Positions 51,224-60,553 of a stretch of DNA of 64,000 nucleotides are shown piece after piece. The position numbers and the translations under genes are program-made. The number at the start of each line of letters is the position of its first letter. Position 1 is the first letter of the stretch. The notes beneath the pieces are model-generated. The model was not told where the DNA came from and made no database searches. It saw only the letters and a program-made list of their open reading frames with translations. This stretch comes from an uncultured virus (IMG/VR IMGVR_UViG_3300037508_001334) (taxonomy: Duplodnaviria; Heunggongvirae; Uroviricota; Caudoviricetes): IMG/VR virus record IMGVR_UViG_3300037508_001334. One strand, given 5' to 3'.

Positions 51224-51657
51224 GCATTGATCTTGATAAAATTCAAGAAATGTGGGAAAAAGATTCAAAAATAGATCCGGATAATTTACATACCGAGTCT
51301 TTGAATATTCCAGTTCTTCACGCAAAATATTTTGATTTGTATAATACGATTTTTCTTTTGAGAAAAAAAGCAGAGCAACAAAAAAGAAATATTCGACACG
51401 AACGTTATGAATATTATTCCGGAAAATCAGATCCAGAAGTTTATGCAGAAAATCCTTTTCCCAAAAAGATCCGTGATAAAGATACTATGCAAAAGTATCT
51501 TGATGCAGATGAAAAACTTTCATCTGTGTGTTTAAAAATAGACTACTACGATACAATGCTTACTTACATTGAAAGCATTCTTAAAATGATACAAAACAGA
51601 ACATATCAAATTAAAAATTCAATTGAATTTATGAGATTTAATGCTGGACTGGGGTAA
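51220..51657 (+). CDS. uvsY: Recombination mediator UvsY
   Basis: W.KDS.ID, IP.LHAKY, YYSGK, YLDAD, R..QIKN.IE. Confidence 0.92.
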   Translation: MSIDLDKIQEMWEKDSKIDPDNLHTESLNIPVLHAKYFDLYNTIFLLRKKAEQQKRNIRHERYEYYSGKSDPEVYAENPFPKKIRDKDTMQKYLDADEKLSSVCLKIDYYDTMLTYIESILKMIQNRTYQIKNSIEFMRFNAGLG

Positions 51658-51664
51658 ATAAATA
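51657..51664 (+). promoter_or_regulatory. Late promoter for uvsW
   Basis: AATAAATA between uvsY and uvsW. Confidence 0.6.
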
Positions 51665-51685
51665 TTCACAGATGAATGAAGATAT

Positions 51686-53161
51686 GTGAGTGATAAAGCA
51701 GCAAATCTTGTAATATCAAAATCAAACGAAGTATTTCTTAAAATTAAAACAGAACCTCATATTGAATATGAGTTGAAAGATCACTTTAAATTTGATGTTC
51801 CAAATGCAAAATTTATGCCACAATATCGTGGCAGAAATTGGAATGGAGAAATTCATTTATATGATATGAGATCCAAACAAATCTATGTTGGATTGTTAGA
51901 CAAAATTGTTTCTTTTTGTAAGCAATATAATTATACTTATGAGTTTGAAGAGAATAAATTCTACGGACAACCTTTTGAGATTAATGAAGAAATATCTCTA
52001 GAAGGTGTTAAAGGTTATATGCAATCTATTTGCGTTCATACTCCTCGTTCATATCAAGTAGAGGGAGTATACGATGCTCTAAGACATAATCGAAAGCTAT
52101 TGATAAGTCCCACTGCATCAGGCAAATCTCTGATGATTTATTCGTTAGTGCGATACTATGTTGATAGGAACGAAAAAATACTTTTAGTTGTTCCCACGAC
52201 AAGCTTGGTAGAGCAAATGTATAAAGATTTTCAGGATTATGGTTGGGATGCTGAGACATATTGCCACCGAATATATTCGGGAAGAGAAAGAACAAATGAA
52301 TATTCAGTTACAATTACAACTTGGCAATCTGTATATAAACTAGAACGTTCATTTTTTGAAGAGTATGGTGTCATTATAGGTGATGAAGCACATTTATTCA
52401 AGAGTAAGTCATTAATACAAATTATGACTAAACTTCATCACGCAAAATATCGTTTTGGTTTTACTGGAACTTTAGATGGAACACAAACTCATAAGTGGGT
52501 ACTTGAAGGATTATTTGGTCCTTCATATAAAGTTACAAAAACTGATGAATTAATGAGACAAGGCCACTTATCACAACTTGATATTCGTTGTCTTGTACTT
52601 AAACATTCCCCACAAAAATTTGAAACTTATGAAGATGAAATTCAATATTTAATATCTCATGAGAGGAGAAATAAGTTTATTCAAAATCTTGCTTTAGATT
52701 TAAAAGGAAACACATTAATTCTTTTTTCCAGAGTAGAAGCACATGGGGCAATACTCTACGAAAAGATAAATAATAATAAGCGAGATGACCATAAAGTATT
52801 TTTTGTACATGGTGGAGTGGATACTGAAGAAAGAGAATTAGTTAGAGAGATTACGGAAAGAGAAAACAACGCAATTATTGTTGCTTCTTATGGAACTTTT
52901 TCTACTGGTATCAACATTAAAAACCTCCATAATGTTATCTTTGCCTCTCCAAGTAAATCAAGAATCCGTAATCTTCAAAGTATTGGACGAGTTCTTAGAA
53001 AAGGAAAAGATAAAGTAAAAGCAACTTTATATGATATTGCTGATGATTGTACATATAAGTCAAGAAAAAATTATACTCTAAATCATCTTATTGAAAGAAT
53101 TAAAATTTATAACGAAGAGAATTTTAATTATGAAATAATTACAATTCAATTAAAGCAATGA
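51686..53161 (+). CDS. uvsW: SF2 helicase UvsW
   Basis: SPTASGKS, DEAH, GFTGT and QSIGRVLR motifs. Confidence 0.96.
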   Translation: MSDKAANLVISKSNEVFLKIKTEPHIEYELKDHFKFDVPNAKFMPQYRGRNWNGEIHLYDMRSKQIYVGLLDKIVSFCKQYNYTYEFEENKFYGQPFEINEEISLEGVKGYMQSICVHTPRSYQVEGVYDALRHNRKLLISPTASGKSLMIYSLVRYYVDRNEKILLVVPTTSLVEQMYKDFQDYGWDAETYCHRIYSGRERTNEYSVTITTWQSVYKLERSFFEEYGVIIGDEAHLFKSKSLIQIMTKLHHAKYRFGFTGTLDGTQTHKWVLEGLFGPSYKVTKTDELMRQGHLSQLDIRCLVLKHSPQKFETYEDEIQYLISHERRNKFIQNLALDLKGNTLILFSRVEAHGAILYEKINNNKRDDHKVFFVHGGVDTEERELVREITERENNAIIVASYGTFSTGINIKNLHNVIFASPSKSRIRNLQSIGRVLRKGKDKVKATLYDIADDCTYKSRKNYTLNHLIERIKIYNEENFNYEIITIQLKQ

Positions 53162-53550
53162 TAGAAGAAGATTTTTATGCAACAGTTAAATTGAAAACCG
53201 GAGAGGAAATCTTCGCAAAAGTAGCAGCTTCTGAAGAAGAAGATCGAACTATGCTGCTAGTTTCAAATCCTGTAATTATATCTGAAATTAAAAATAATAA
53301 ACTTGAAGTAGTGGGATATAAAATAGAACCATGGTTGAAAACAACAAGTGAAGATCTATTAATTATAAATTTAGAAGATGTGATTACAATGACAGAATCT
53401 TCTGATATTGAAATGATTATCTTATATCAAAATTATATCAGGCAATCATCAAAAAAAGGTAATTCTTCTAAAATTAGTCGTAAAATGGGATACCTAGCAA
53501 ATGTCAATGATGCTAAAGAAATATTGGAAAAGATCTTTAAAAGTAGTTAA
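53158..53550 (+). CDS. Conserved hypothetical protein (130 aa)
   Basis: ATGA overlap; KLKTGEEI.AKV N-terminus; lies between uvsW and gp55. Confidence 0.75.
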   Translation: MIEEDFYATVKLKTGEEIFAKVAASEEEDRTMLLVSNPVIISEIKNNKLEVVGYKIEPWLKTTSEDLLIINLEDVITMTESSDIEMIILYQNYIRQSSKKGNSSKISRKMGYLANVNDAKEILEKIFKSS

Positions 53551-53578
53551 TACAATCCTTTTAACCCTGACAAAGGTT

Positions 53579-53607
53579 ATTGTACACACTTTTAAACACC
53601 TTGTCAA
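53579..53607 (-). promoter_or_regulatory. Antisense sigma70-type promoter
   Basis: Minus strand TTGACA (53607-53602), 17 nt, TACAAT (53584-53579). Confidence 0.55.
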
Positions 53608-53629
53608 GCACATATGAAAGTGTTATAAT
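53601..53629 (+). promoter_or_regulatory. Sigma70-type promoter for gp55
   Basis: TTGTCA, 17 nt, TGn-extended TATAAT (53624-53629). Confidence 0.8.
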
Positions 53630-53654
53630 ATCTACATAATAATGATAAGAATTT

Positions 53655-54149
53655 ATGATAACCACAGCAATTATGACCAAAAGAAAAAGGTCAGAGCATT
53701 ATGTCAATAACAAAGAGTTTCTTGCTGCTTTAATTAAATATCGTGAAGATAAAGAAATTGCAGAGATTCAAGGAAAACCAAAGCCTCCTATTCCACGATA
53801 CATTGGAGAGTGTTTTCTGAAAATTGCTAATCACTTATCCTTCAAACCAAACTTCGTGAATTATATGTTCAAGGAGGATATGATTTCTGATGGTATTGAA
53901 AATTGTGTTCAGTATATTCATAACTTCAATCCAGAGAAGTCTCAAAATCCTTTTGCATACTTCACTCAAATTATTCACTATGCTTTTCTTCGTCGTATTC
54001 AAAGAGAGAAGCGCCAGCTAGAAATCAAAAACAAAATTCTTGAAAGGTCTGGATTTTCTGAAGTATTTGACGATAACAGCCTTGACGGATCCAACTACAG
54101 CGACTACAATAGCATTAAGGATGCTGTACATAGTAAATTAAGGTATTGA
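53655..54149 (+). CDS. gp55: Late-transcription sigma factor gp55
   Basis: HYVNNKEF, IGECFLKIA..LS.KPNF.NY, DGIENC, NPFAYFTQI..AFLRRI.REK. Confidence 0.96.
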   Translation: MITTAIMTKRKRSEHYVNNKEFLAALIKYREDKEIAEIQGKPKPPIPRYIGECFLKIANHLSFKPNFVNYMFKEDMISDGIENCVQYIHNFNPEKSQNPFAYFTQIIHYAFLRRIQREKRQLEIKNKILERSGFSEVFDDNSLDGSNYSDYNSIKDAVHSKLRY

Positions 54150-54152
54150 TAA

Positions 54153-54160
54153 TATAAATA
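54153..54160 (+). promoter_or_regulatory. Late promoter for the homing endonuclease
   Basis: Exact TATAAATA 23 nt upstream of the ATG at 54184. Confidence 0.8.
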
Positions 54161-54183
54161 ACAGTATGATTATCGTGTGATTA

Positions 54184-54633
54184 ATGTCCAAAACTAATGC
54201 ACAAAAAGAAGCAAAAGAAAATGGTCTAACCCATTATATTTCTCAACGTCCATGTAAAAGATGTGGTGGACATCAAAGATATGCTGTTAGTGGTTGTTGT
54301 TCTAATTTAGAATGTAGAAGAACATATGAAAAGGAATGGACAAAAAATAATCCAGAAAAAAGACATTTATATAATAAGAAAAGGAGATTGAAAGCAAATT
54401 TTAATTTGTCTTGTGAAGAATATGATAAAATGTATGAGCAACAAAATAGGGGATGTGCTATTTGTGGTGCAGAAAAAAGTGAGATGGGAAGAATATTGGC
54501 GGTAGACCATAATCATTCTACAGGAAAGATAAGAGGATTATTGTGCAATAAATGTAATCAAGGTTTAGGATTTTTTAATGACAGTGTTGACTTGTTGCAA
54601 TCTGCTGTGGTATACTTGAATTCAAATATATAA
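54184..54633 (+). CDS. Endonuclease VII-family (HNH-like) free-standing homing endonuclease
   Basis: Q..GCAIC...LAVDHNH.TGKIRGLLC.KCN.GLG.F.D; N-terminal Cys-rich domain (PCKRCGGH..RY). Confidence 0.85.
   Translation: MSKTNAQKEAKENGLTHYISQRPCKRCGGHQRYAVSGCCSNLECRRTYEKEWTKNNPEKRHLYNKKRRLKANFNLSCEEYDKMYEQQNRGCAICGAEKSEMGRILAVDHNHSTGKIRGLLCNKCNQGLGFFNDSVDLLQSAVVYLNSNI
54587..54616 (+). promoter_or_regulatory. Sigma70-type promoter for gp47 within the endonuclease 3' end
   Basis: TTGACT, 18 nt, TGn-extended TATACT (54611-54616). Confidence 0.6.
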
Positions 54634-54637
54634 AACC

Positions 54638-55678
54638 ATGCAAATTGCAATTATTACAGACACTCATTACGGTGCTCGTAAAAATTCTAAACTTTTTCAT
54701 GATTATTTTAAAAAGTTTTATGATAATGTTTTTTTTCCGACAATAGATGAAAAAGGAATTAAAACAATTGTTCATATGGGAGACGCTTTTGATAGTCGTA
54801 AAGGTATTGATTTTTCTGCCCTATCTTGGGCTAAAGATAATATTTTTGATCCCATAAAGCAAAGAGGTATCAATTTACATTTAATTGTTGGTAACCATGA
54901 TAGTTACTATAAGAATACTAACGAAGTAAATGCTGTGGATTTGTTGCTTCGTGAGTATAGTAATGTAACAGTTTATTCAGAACCAACTGAAGTAATGCTG
55001 GGTCAGTTACCAACACTTTTTATACCTTGGATTAACCAAGAAAATGAAGAGAATACTCTCAAGATGATTCAAAAGTCATTATCTAAATGTGCGATGGGAC
55101 ACCTTGAACTTCAAGGATTTAGAGTTAATAAACAACTCGTAATGGAGCACGGATTAGAAAGTAAAGTATTTAATAAATTCAAACTTGTTTTTTCGGGACA
55201 TTATCACACTCGTTCTGACAATGGAACTGTTTTTTACTTGGGTAATCCCTATGAGATGTTTTGGAACGATGTAAATGACGAAAGAGGATTTCATCTTTTT
55301 GATACGGAAACTTTAGAAAAAACTGCAATTAATAATCCTTATCGTTTGTTCTATAACATTTATTATGAAGATACGGATTATCAGACTTTTGATACAAGAG
55401 AGTATGAAAATAAAATTGTAAGAGTTATCGTTCGTAAAAAAACTGACATTAAAAAGTTTGAAAAATTTATTGATAAATTGTATGCCTCCAATATTGCAGA
55501 ACTAAAAATTATTGAAAATTTTGCGGTTCAGGAACTTGAAGATTTTGAGGCATTTGAATCGGAAGATACTTTGTCTATTCTGAACAGATACGTTGAGGAA
55601 GCAGAAATTAATCTTGATAAATCAATTATTCAAAAAATGATTCAAGAAATCTATCAAGAAGCTTGCGAGTTAGTATAA
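54638..55678 (+). CDS. gp47: Recombination nuclease gp47 (Mre11/SbcD-like)
   Basis: DTHYG, GD.FD, GNHD, GHLE and SGHYH phosphoesterase motifs. Confidence 0.96.
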   Translation: MQIAIITDTHYGARKNSKLFHDYFKKFYDNVFFPTIDEKGIKTIVHMGDAFDSRKGIDFSALSWAKDNIFDPIKQRGINLHLIVGNHDSYYKNTNEVNAVDLLLREYSNVTVYSEPTEVMLGQLPTLFIPWINQENEENTLKMIQKSLSKCAMGHLELQGFRVNKQLVMEHGLESKVFNKFKLVFSGHYHTRSDNGTVFYLGNPYEMFWNDVNDERGFHLFDTETLEKTAINNPYRLFYNIYYEDTDYQTFDTREYENKIVRVIVRKKTDIKKFEKFIDKLYASNIAELKIIENFAVQELEDFEAFESEDTLSILNRYVEEAEINLDKSIIQKMIQEIYQEACELV

Positions 55679-55950
55679 TGTTTATTCTAACAATTGAGGG
55701 TAAAGAAAAAGAAGGTGCTTATTCTGTAACTGACGATAATGGTGAGCAAATAATTTATTTGTTTGAAGAAGAAGACGATGCAATGAGATATGCTATGATG
55801 TTGGAGGAAGATGGATATCCTGAAATGCATGTAATTGAAATTGAAGATGAAGTTATCATAAAAACTTGTGAAAGTTATGGGTATCAGTATACTATAATTA
55901 CTGAAAATGACATTGTAATTCCTCCCGAAACTGATTATGATTTTATTTAA
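55678..55950 (+). CDS. Hypothetical acidic protein (90 aa)
   Basis: TAATG overlap; LFEEEDDA.RYA..L motif; lies between gp47 and gp46. Confidence 0.75.
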   Translation: MFILTIEGKEKEGAYSVTDDNGEQIIYLFEEEDDAMRYAMMLEEDGYPEMHVIEIEDEVIIKTCESYGYQYTIITENDIVIPPETDYDFI

Positions 55951-57649
55951 AACAATACGGTGGAAAAATTTTCTTTCTACTGGGCAACATTTTACTGAAA
56001 TTGATTTTACTCAAAATTCTACCAACTTAATCATTGGTACAAATGGTGCCGGAAAAAGCACAGTGCTTGATGCTCTTACTTTTTCTTTGTTTGGAAAACC
56101 TTTTCGTAGAATCAATAAACCTCAACTTGTTAACTCTGTAAATGAAAAAGATTGTAAGGTTGAAGTTGAATTTTCAGTTGGTAATGTTGAATGGAAAGTT
56201 GTAAGAGGAATTAAACCTGCTATTTTTGAAATCTGGAGAAATGGTGTTTCTCTGGATCAATCTGCCGCTGCATTAGATCAGCAAAAATGGTTGGAGCAAA
56301 ATGTCCTTAAAATGAACTATAAGTCTTTCACTCAAATTGTAATTTTGGGTAGTAGTACTTTTGTTCCTTTTATGCAACTTTCAGCATCCCATCGTCGTGA
56401 AGTGATTGAAGATTTGCTTGATATTAAAATATTTTCCTCTATGAATGTTTTAATTAAAGAAAAAATCCGTTTGCTTAGAGAAGATGTTAAGGTTTTGGAA
56501 CTTAAAAAGGAATCCTTTCTTGATAAAGTTAAGATGCAACAAAACTTTATTGAAGAACTTGAAAATCGTGGAAATGCCAATATCAATGCCAACAAAGAAA
56601 AAATTGCTAATTTAAATTCTGAGATTGGTAATTATATGGAAGAAAACTCTTCTTTAGAAAAACCTCTCCGAGAACATATTCATGAGCAAGATAAGATTAC
56701 TGGATATGCAGAGAAACTTCGTAAATTAGTAAATCTTAAAGGTAAGATATCACAGAGGGTTTCTACAATTAGTGAGGAACACAAATTTTTTACTGAGAAT
56801 ACGGTGTGTCCTACCTGCACACAAGAAATTGATGACTCTTTCAGAATAAATAAGATTGAAGACGCTCAAAATAAAGCAAAGGAGTTGCAATCTGGTTATC
56901 AAGAACTAGAGGAAGCAATCAAAGAGGAAGAAAATCGAGAGCGTCAATTCAATAATTTATCGAAGGAGATTTCAAAACTAACGAATGGCATTTCTCAAAA
57001 CAATATTAAGATTCATGGATTACGAAGACAAGTCCAAAATCTTGAATCAGAAATTCAAACTCTTACCGAGAACCTTGCAAACAGAAATTCTGAACATGAG
57101 AAATTAGAAACATTCAAAGACAGTTTAAAATCCACTTATGATGATCTTGTTTCTAAAAAAGATTTAATTAACTATTATGATTTTACTTATAGTTTGCTTA
57201 AAGACAGTGGAGTAAAATCTAAGATTATCAAAAAGTATCTTCCGTTGATCAATCAACAAGTGAATCGTTATTTGCAGATGATGGACTTCTATATTAATTT
57301 CACTCTTGATGAAGAGTTTAATGAAACAGTCAAATCACCGATTCACGAAGATTTTTCTTATGCTTCCTTTAGTGAAGGTGAAAAAATGAGAATTGATTTA
57401 TCACTTCTTTTTACTTGGAGAGAAGTTGCGAGAATGAAAAATTCTGTGAATACAAATCTTCTCATTATGGATGAAGTATTTGATAGCTCACTTGATGGAT
57501 TTGGAACAGAAGAGTTTCTTAAGATTATCCGTTATGTGATTAAAGATGCTAATATTTTTGTTATTTCCCATAAAACAGGATTAGAGGACAAATTTGAATC
57601 TGTCCTACGTTTTGAGAAAGTCAAAGGTTTTTCACGTATGGTGTCTTGA
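55937..57649 (+). CDS. gp46: Recombination ATPase gp46 (Rad50/SbcC-like)
   Basis: GTNGAGKS, CPTC zinc hook, FSEGE signature, LIMDEVFD, ISH. Confidence 0.97.
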   Translation: MILFKTIRWKNFLSTGQHFTEIDFTQNSTNLIIGTNGAGKSTVLDALTFSLFGKPFRRINKPQLVNSVNEKDCKVEVEFSVGNVEWKVVRGIKPAIFEIWRNGVSLDQSAAALDQQKWLEQNVLKMNYKSFTQIVILGSSTFVPFMQLSASHRREVIEDLLDIKIFSSMNVLIKEKIRLLREDVKVLELKKESFLDKVKMQQNFIEELENRGNANINANKEKIANLNSEIGNYMEENSSLEKPLREHIHEQDKITGYAEKLRKLVNLKGKISQRVSTISEEHKFFTENTVCPTCTQEIDDSFRINKIEDAQNKAKELQSGYQELEEAIKEEENRERQFNNLSKEISKLTNGISQNNIKIHGLRRQVQNLESEIQTLTENLANRNSEHEKLETFKDSLKSTYDDLVSKKDLINYYDFTYSLLKDSGVKSKIIKKYLPLINQQVNRYLQMMDFYINFTLDEEFNETVKSPIHEDFSYASFSEGEKMRIDLSLLFTWREVARMKNSVNTNLLIMDEVFDSSLDGFGTEEFLKIIRYVIKDANIFVISHKTGLEDKFESVLRFEKVKGFSRMVS

Positions 57650-57663
57650 TACACCAAAGAACA

Positions 57664-57870
57664 ATGAACACTCCAAACTGGCAACACAACTCTGGGAAAC
57701 CCCAGAAACGAAAATTAAAACCGCAAGCACTGAGGCAAGCTAAAGCACGACTTGCCCAGTTTAAAAAGCGTCATATGGGTCGTCCAAAGGACGACCTTTC
57801 TTCGTATTATGGGTTCATACGAAAGAAGTCTAATGCCTGTCCGTCACGAAATCAAATCTCAACTTGCTAA
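57664..57870 (+). CDS. Small basic hypothetical protein
   Basis: MNTPNWQHNSGKPQKRKLKPQALRQAKAR; the 3' part runs through the next promoter and overlaps the next gene. Confidence 0.55.
   Translation: MNTPNWQHNSGKPQKRKLKPQALRQAKARLAQFKKRHMGRPKDDLSSYYGFIRKKSNACPSRNQISTC
57756..57810 (+). promoter_or_regulatory. Putative early promoter with upstream motif and hairpin
   Basis: CCAGTT..AAAGCGTC, hairpin GGTCGTCC-AAA-GGACGACC, -10 TATTAT at 57805; same layout as 60724-60778. Confidence 0.6.
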
Positions 57871-60016
57871 GTTGCTTGCCACTGAAGATTTGGTGGTTGA
57901 GCATAAAAAAGTTTCTACTGCTTGTTTTAATGTTCATACTCGTGTATTGACTTTACCTCTATGGGAGAAAGCAAGCAATACTGTATACGATTTACTTGTT
58001 GGGCACGAAGTTGGACACGCGCTTTTTACTCCAGATGAGGACTGGACTCAATCTGCAAAAATTCCTCCCCAATTTGTAAATGTAGTTGAGGATGCTCGCA
58101 TTGAAAAATTGATGAAACGCAAGTATATGGGACTTGCAAAAACCTTCTTCAACGGATACAAAGAATTGAACGATCAAGATTTCTTTCAGTTGAATGATGA
58201 AAATCTGTCTAAATTCAATCTTGCCGATCGTGCAAATTTGTGGTTTAAAGTTGGTAACTATATTGATGTTCCCATCCAGAAGGGTAAAGAAATTGAAATT
58301 ATAAACCTAATTGCTGATACTGAAACTTTTGCTGATGTTTTGGTTGCTGCAGAAAAACTTTATAAGTATTGTAAGGAAGAAAAGGAACAACAGCAAAAAG
58401 TTCCTGACTTTGATTCTCATGAGCAACAAGGTGATTCTCAATCTTCTACTAATCAACCAGTAGAAACCGATGACTCCTCTTCAGAAGAAGAAGGTGAGAG
58501 TGATAAGTCACAACCAAATCCCGATGAATCTTACGGTGGCACTTCTCAAGGTGATGAGGTTCAAAATATTGTCAATGATGAAAAAGAACCTGAAGTTCTT
58601 ACTGCAGATTCCTTGGAAAATAAACTTCGTGACTTGATTAATCATGATGGATATGAAAACGTTTATGTTGAGATTCCTCAAGTCAATCTTGAGACTGTGA
58701 TTGGTAAAAACGCAGATGTTCATAAGGATATTGATTCTGCTTTTAATCATCAGCAAGAAAAAAATAATCAACTTTGCGATGAAAGAGGTTGGGATCGTGT
58801 AGATCTTTTTAAATATGCAGATGAGGATTATAAAAAGTTTAAACTATCTGCTCAGAAGGAAGTCAACTATCTGGTGAAGGAGTTTGAGTGTCGTAAGGCA
58901 GCAGATTCTTATGCTCGTGCTACTACTGCTCGCACAGGTGTTCTTAATACATCTCGTCTTCATTCTTACAAATATGCGGAAGATTTGTTCAAGAAAGTAT
59001 CTGTGATTCCTGATGGTAAAAATCACGGGCTTGTCTTTATTCTTGATTGGTCTGGATCTATGTCTCACGTTCTTCAAGATACTTGCAAACAACTTTTTAA
59101 TCTTGTTTGGTTTTGTAAAAAAGTTGCGATTCCCTTTGAAGTTTATGCTTTTACAAATGAATGGCGTCGTGGTGAATATGATTACGAAACTCAAACTTAT
59201 AGTCCAGCTGATCGAACTTCTCATTATGAAGCAAAGGAAGGATTGATTCAAGTTGAAGAATCATTTGCTTTGATGAATCTTCTTACCAGTAAAGTTTCTG
59301 GTAAAGAGTTGGAGCATCAAATGCTTAATGTTTGGCGTCTTGCCGTTTGTTTCGGAGATTCTTATCGTGCTCAATACACATATTCAAATCGTTTGGCTCT
59401 TTCTGGAACTCCTTTGAATGAAGCATTAATGAGTCTTCATCAAATTCTTCCTAAGTTTCAAAAAGAAAATAAACTTCAAAAAGTTCAGTGCATCGTGTTG
59501 ACTGATGGTGAGGCAAATTATCCTCCCTATCACGTAGAAATCAAACGTGGATATGATTCTGATTCTTACATTGGCACTCGTGGTATTAATCCAGATAAAA
59601 CTTTTCTTAGGGATCGTAAACTTGGAATCACCTATAAGTTTGATTATGGATATCATCAATTTACTGAGGTTCTCCTTCGTAACTTGAAAGATAAGTTTCC
59701 ATCTGTAAACTTTATTGGAATTCGTGTTATTGAGGGACGTAACGCAAATCGTTTCATTAGTCTTTATCATAATCAAGGTGATAAACAATATGAAGTGATT
59801 CAAAATGATTGGAAAAAACTAAAAAGTTTCACTATCACTAACTCTGGTTATGATGCTTATTTTGGACTCTCTTCTTCTGCACTTTCTCAAGATGCAGAGT
59901 TTGATGTTGCTGATGATGCTACTAAATCACAAATCAAATCTGCTTTTGTTAAATCTCTAAAAACTAAAAAATTGAATAAAAAAGTTCTTGGGGAGTTTAT
60001 TTCTCTTGTTGTCTAA
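57833..60016 (+). CDS. HEXXH peptidase-like + vWA (MIDAS) protein, CobT-like partner of the MoxR ATPase
   Basis: HEVGH and VEDARIE N-terminal domain, acidic linker, LDWSGS...GTPL...LTDGE; start at ATG 57833. Confidence 0.85.
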   Translation: MPVRHEIKSQLAKLLATEDLVVEHKKVSTACFNVHTRVLTLPLWEKASNTVYDLLVGHEVGHALFTPDEDWTQSAKIPPQFVNVVEDARIEKLMKRKYMGLAKTFFNGYKELNDQDFFQLNDENLSKFNLADRANLWFKVGNYIDVPIQKGKEIEIINLIADTETFADVLVAAEKLYKYCKEEKEQQQKVPDFDSHEQQGDSQSSTNQPVETDDSSSEEEGESDKSQPNPDESYGGTSQGDEVQNIVNDEKEPEVLTADSLENKLRDLINHDGYENVYVEIPQVNLETVIGKNADVHKDIDSAFNHQQEKNNQLCDERGWDRVDLFKYADEDYKKFKLSAQKEVNYLVKEFECRKAADSYARATTARTGVLNTSRLHSYKYAEDLFKKVSVIPDGKNHGLVFILDWSGSMSHVLQDTCKQLFNLVWFCKKVAIPFEVYAFTNEWRRGEYDYETQTYSPADRTSHYEAKEGLIQVEESFALMNLLTSKVSGKELEHQMLNVWRLAVCFGDSYRAQYTYSNRLALSGTPLNEALMSLHQILPKFQKENKLQKVQCIVLTDGEANYPPYHVEIKRGYDSDSYIGTRGINPDKTFLRDRKLGITYKFDYGYHQFTEVLLRNLKDKFPSVNFIGIRVIEGRNANRFISLYHNQGDKQYEVIQNDWKKLKSFTITNSGYDAYFGLSSSALSQDAEFDVADDATKSQIKSAFVKSLKTKKLNKKVLGEFISLVV

Positions 60017-60019
60017 ATA
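60012..60019 (+). promoter_or_regulatory. Late promoter inside the early/replication region
   Basis: TCTAAATA 20 nt upstream of the ATG at 60040. Confidence 0.65.
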
Positions 60020-60039
60020 CCTAAAAAGTATCTGCTCAT

Positions 60040-60552
60040 ATGAAAACCTTTAAGGAATTTGTGGTAGAGTGCCATTCTATTCAAGAAACCTCTCTTACTC
60101 GTGTGATGAGAAAATCTCAAAAAGGTGGAATGGCAATTATGTCTGCTCAAAGAGGAGATAAATCTAAAGCAGAAAATAAAGCACGTTCAAGGCAACTTGA
60201 AAAAGATGTAAGAGGTGCTGGACTTCCTGGGCCTACTAAAGTTGCTGGTAGATATACCGAAAATCCAGGAACTCCTCAGGAGAAAAAAGTAGGAGAGAAA
60301 TCTCACATTATCACTCCTGGAAAAAAAGGTAAAAGAAAGTTTAAAAAGGCAATTGAAAAACTTGGTAAAAAGTATAATCAGGATTCTGTTCTGATTCAAC
60401 GTAAACCCAGTGGAAGTTCTACTCTCAAAGGGACTTCTAAAACATCTTGGCCTGGACAGGGAAAGAATGTTAAAATAGGTAGTATGAAACCAGGTAGAAC
60501 TGGTGAGTTTGATACCAAAGTTAAAAACAAAACATTTACAGTCGAACCTTAA
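60040..60552 (+). CDS. Putative internal head protein (170 aa, highly basic)
   Basis: MKTFKEF N-terminus, IQE|T putative gp21 site, late promoter, Lys/Arg-rich. Confidence 0.7.
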   Translation: MKTFKEFVVECHSIQETSLTRVMRKSQKGGMAIMSAQRGDKSKAENKARSRQLEKDVRGAGLPGPTKVAGRYTENPGTPQEKKVGEKSHIITPGKKGKRKFKKAIEKLGKKYNQDSVLIQRKPSGSSTLKGTSKTSWPGQGKNVKIGSMKPGRTGEFDTKVKNKTFTVEP

Positions 60553-60553
60553 A

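Noticed and set aside
37062..57649. Introns or inteins in gp17, gp20, gp23, uvsW, gp46, gp47
   Set aside because: All are uninterrupted and of ordinary length, with no intein splice motifs seen
57752..57832. Longer TTG-initiated start for the vWA gene
   Set aside because: Lies across the predicted promoter; ATG at 57833 fits better
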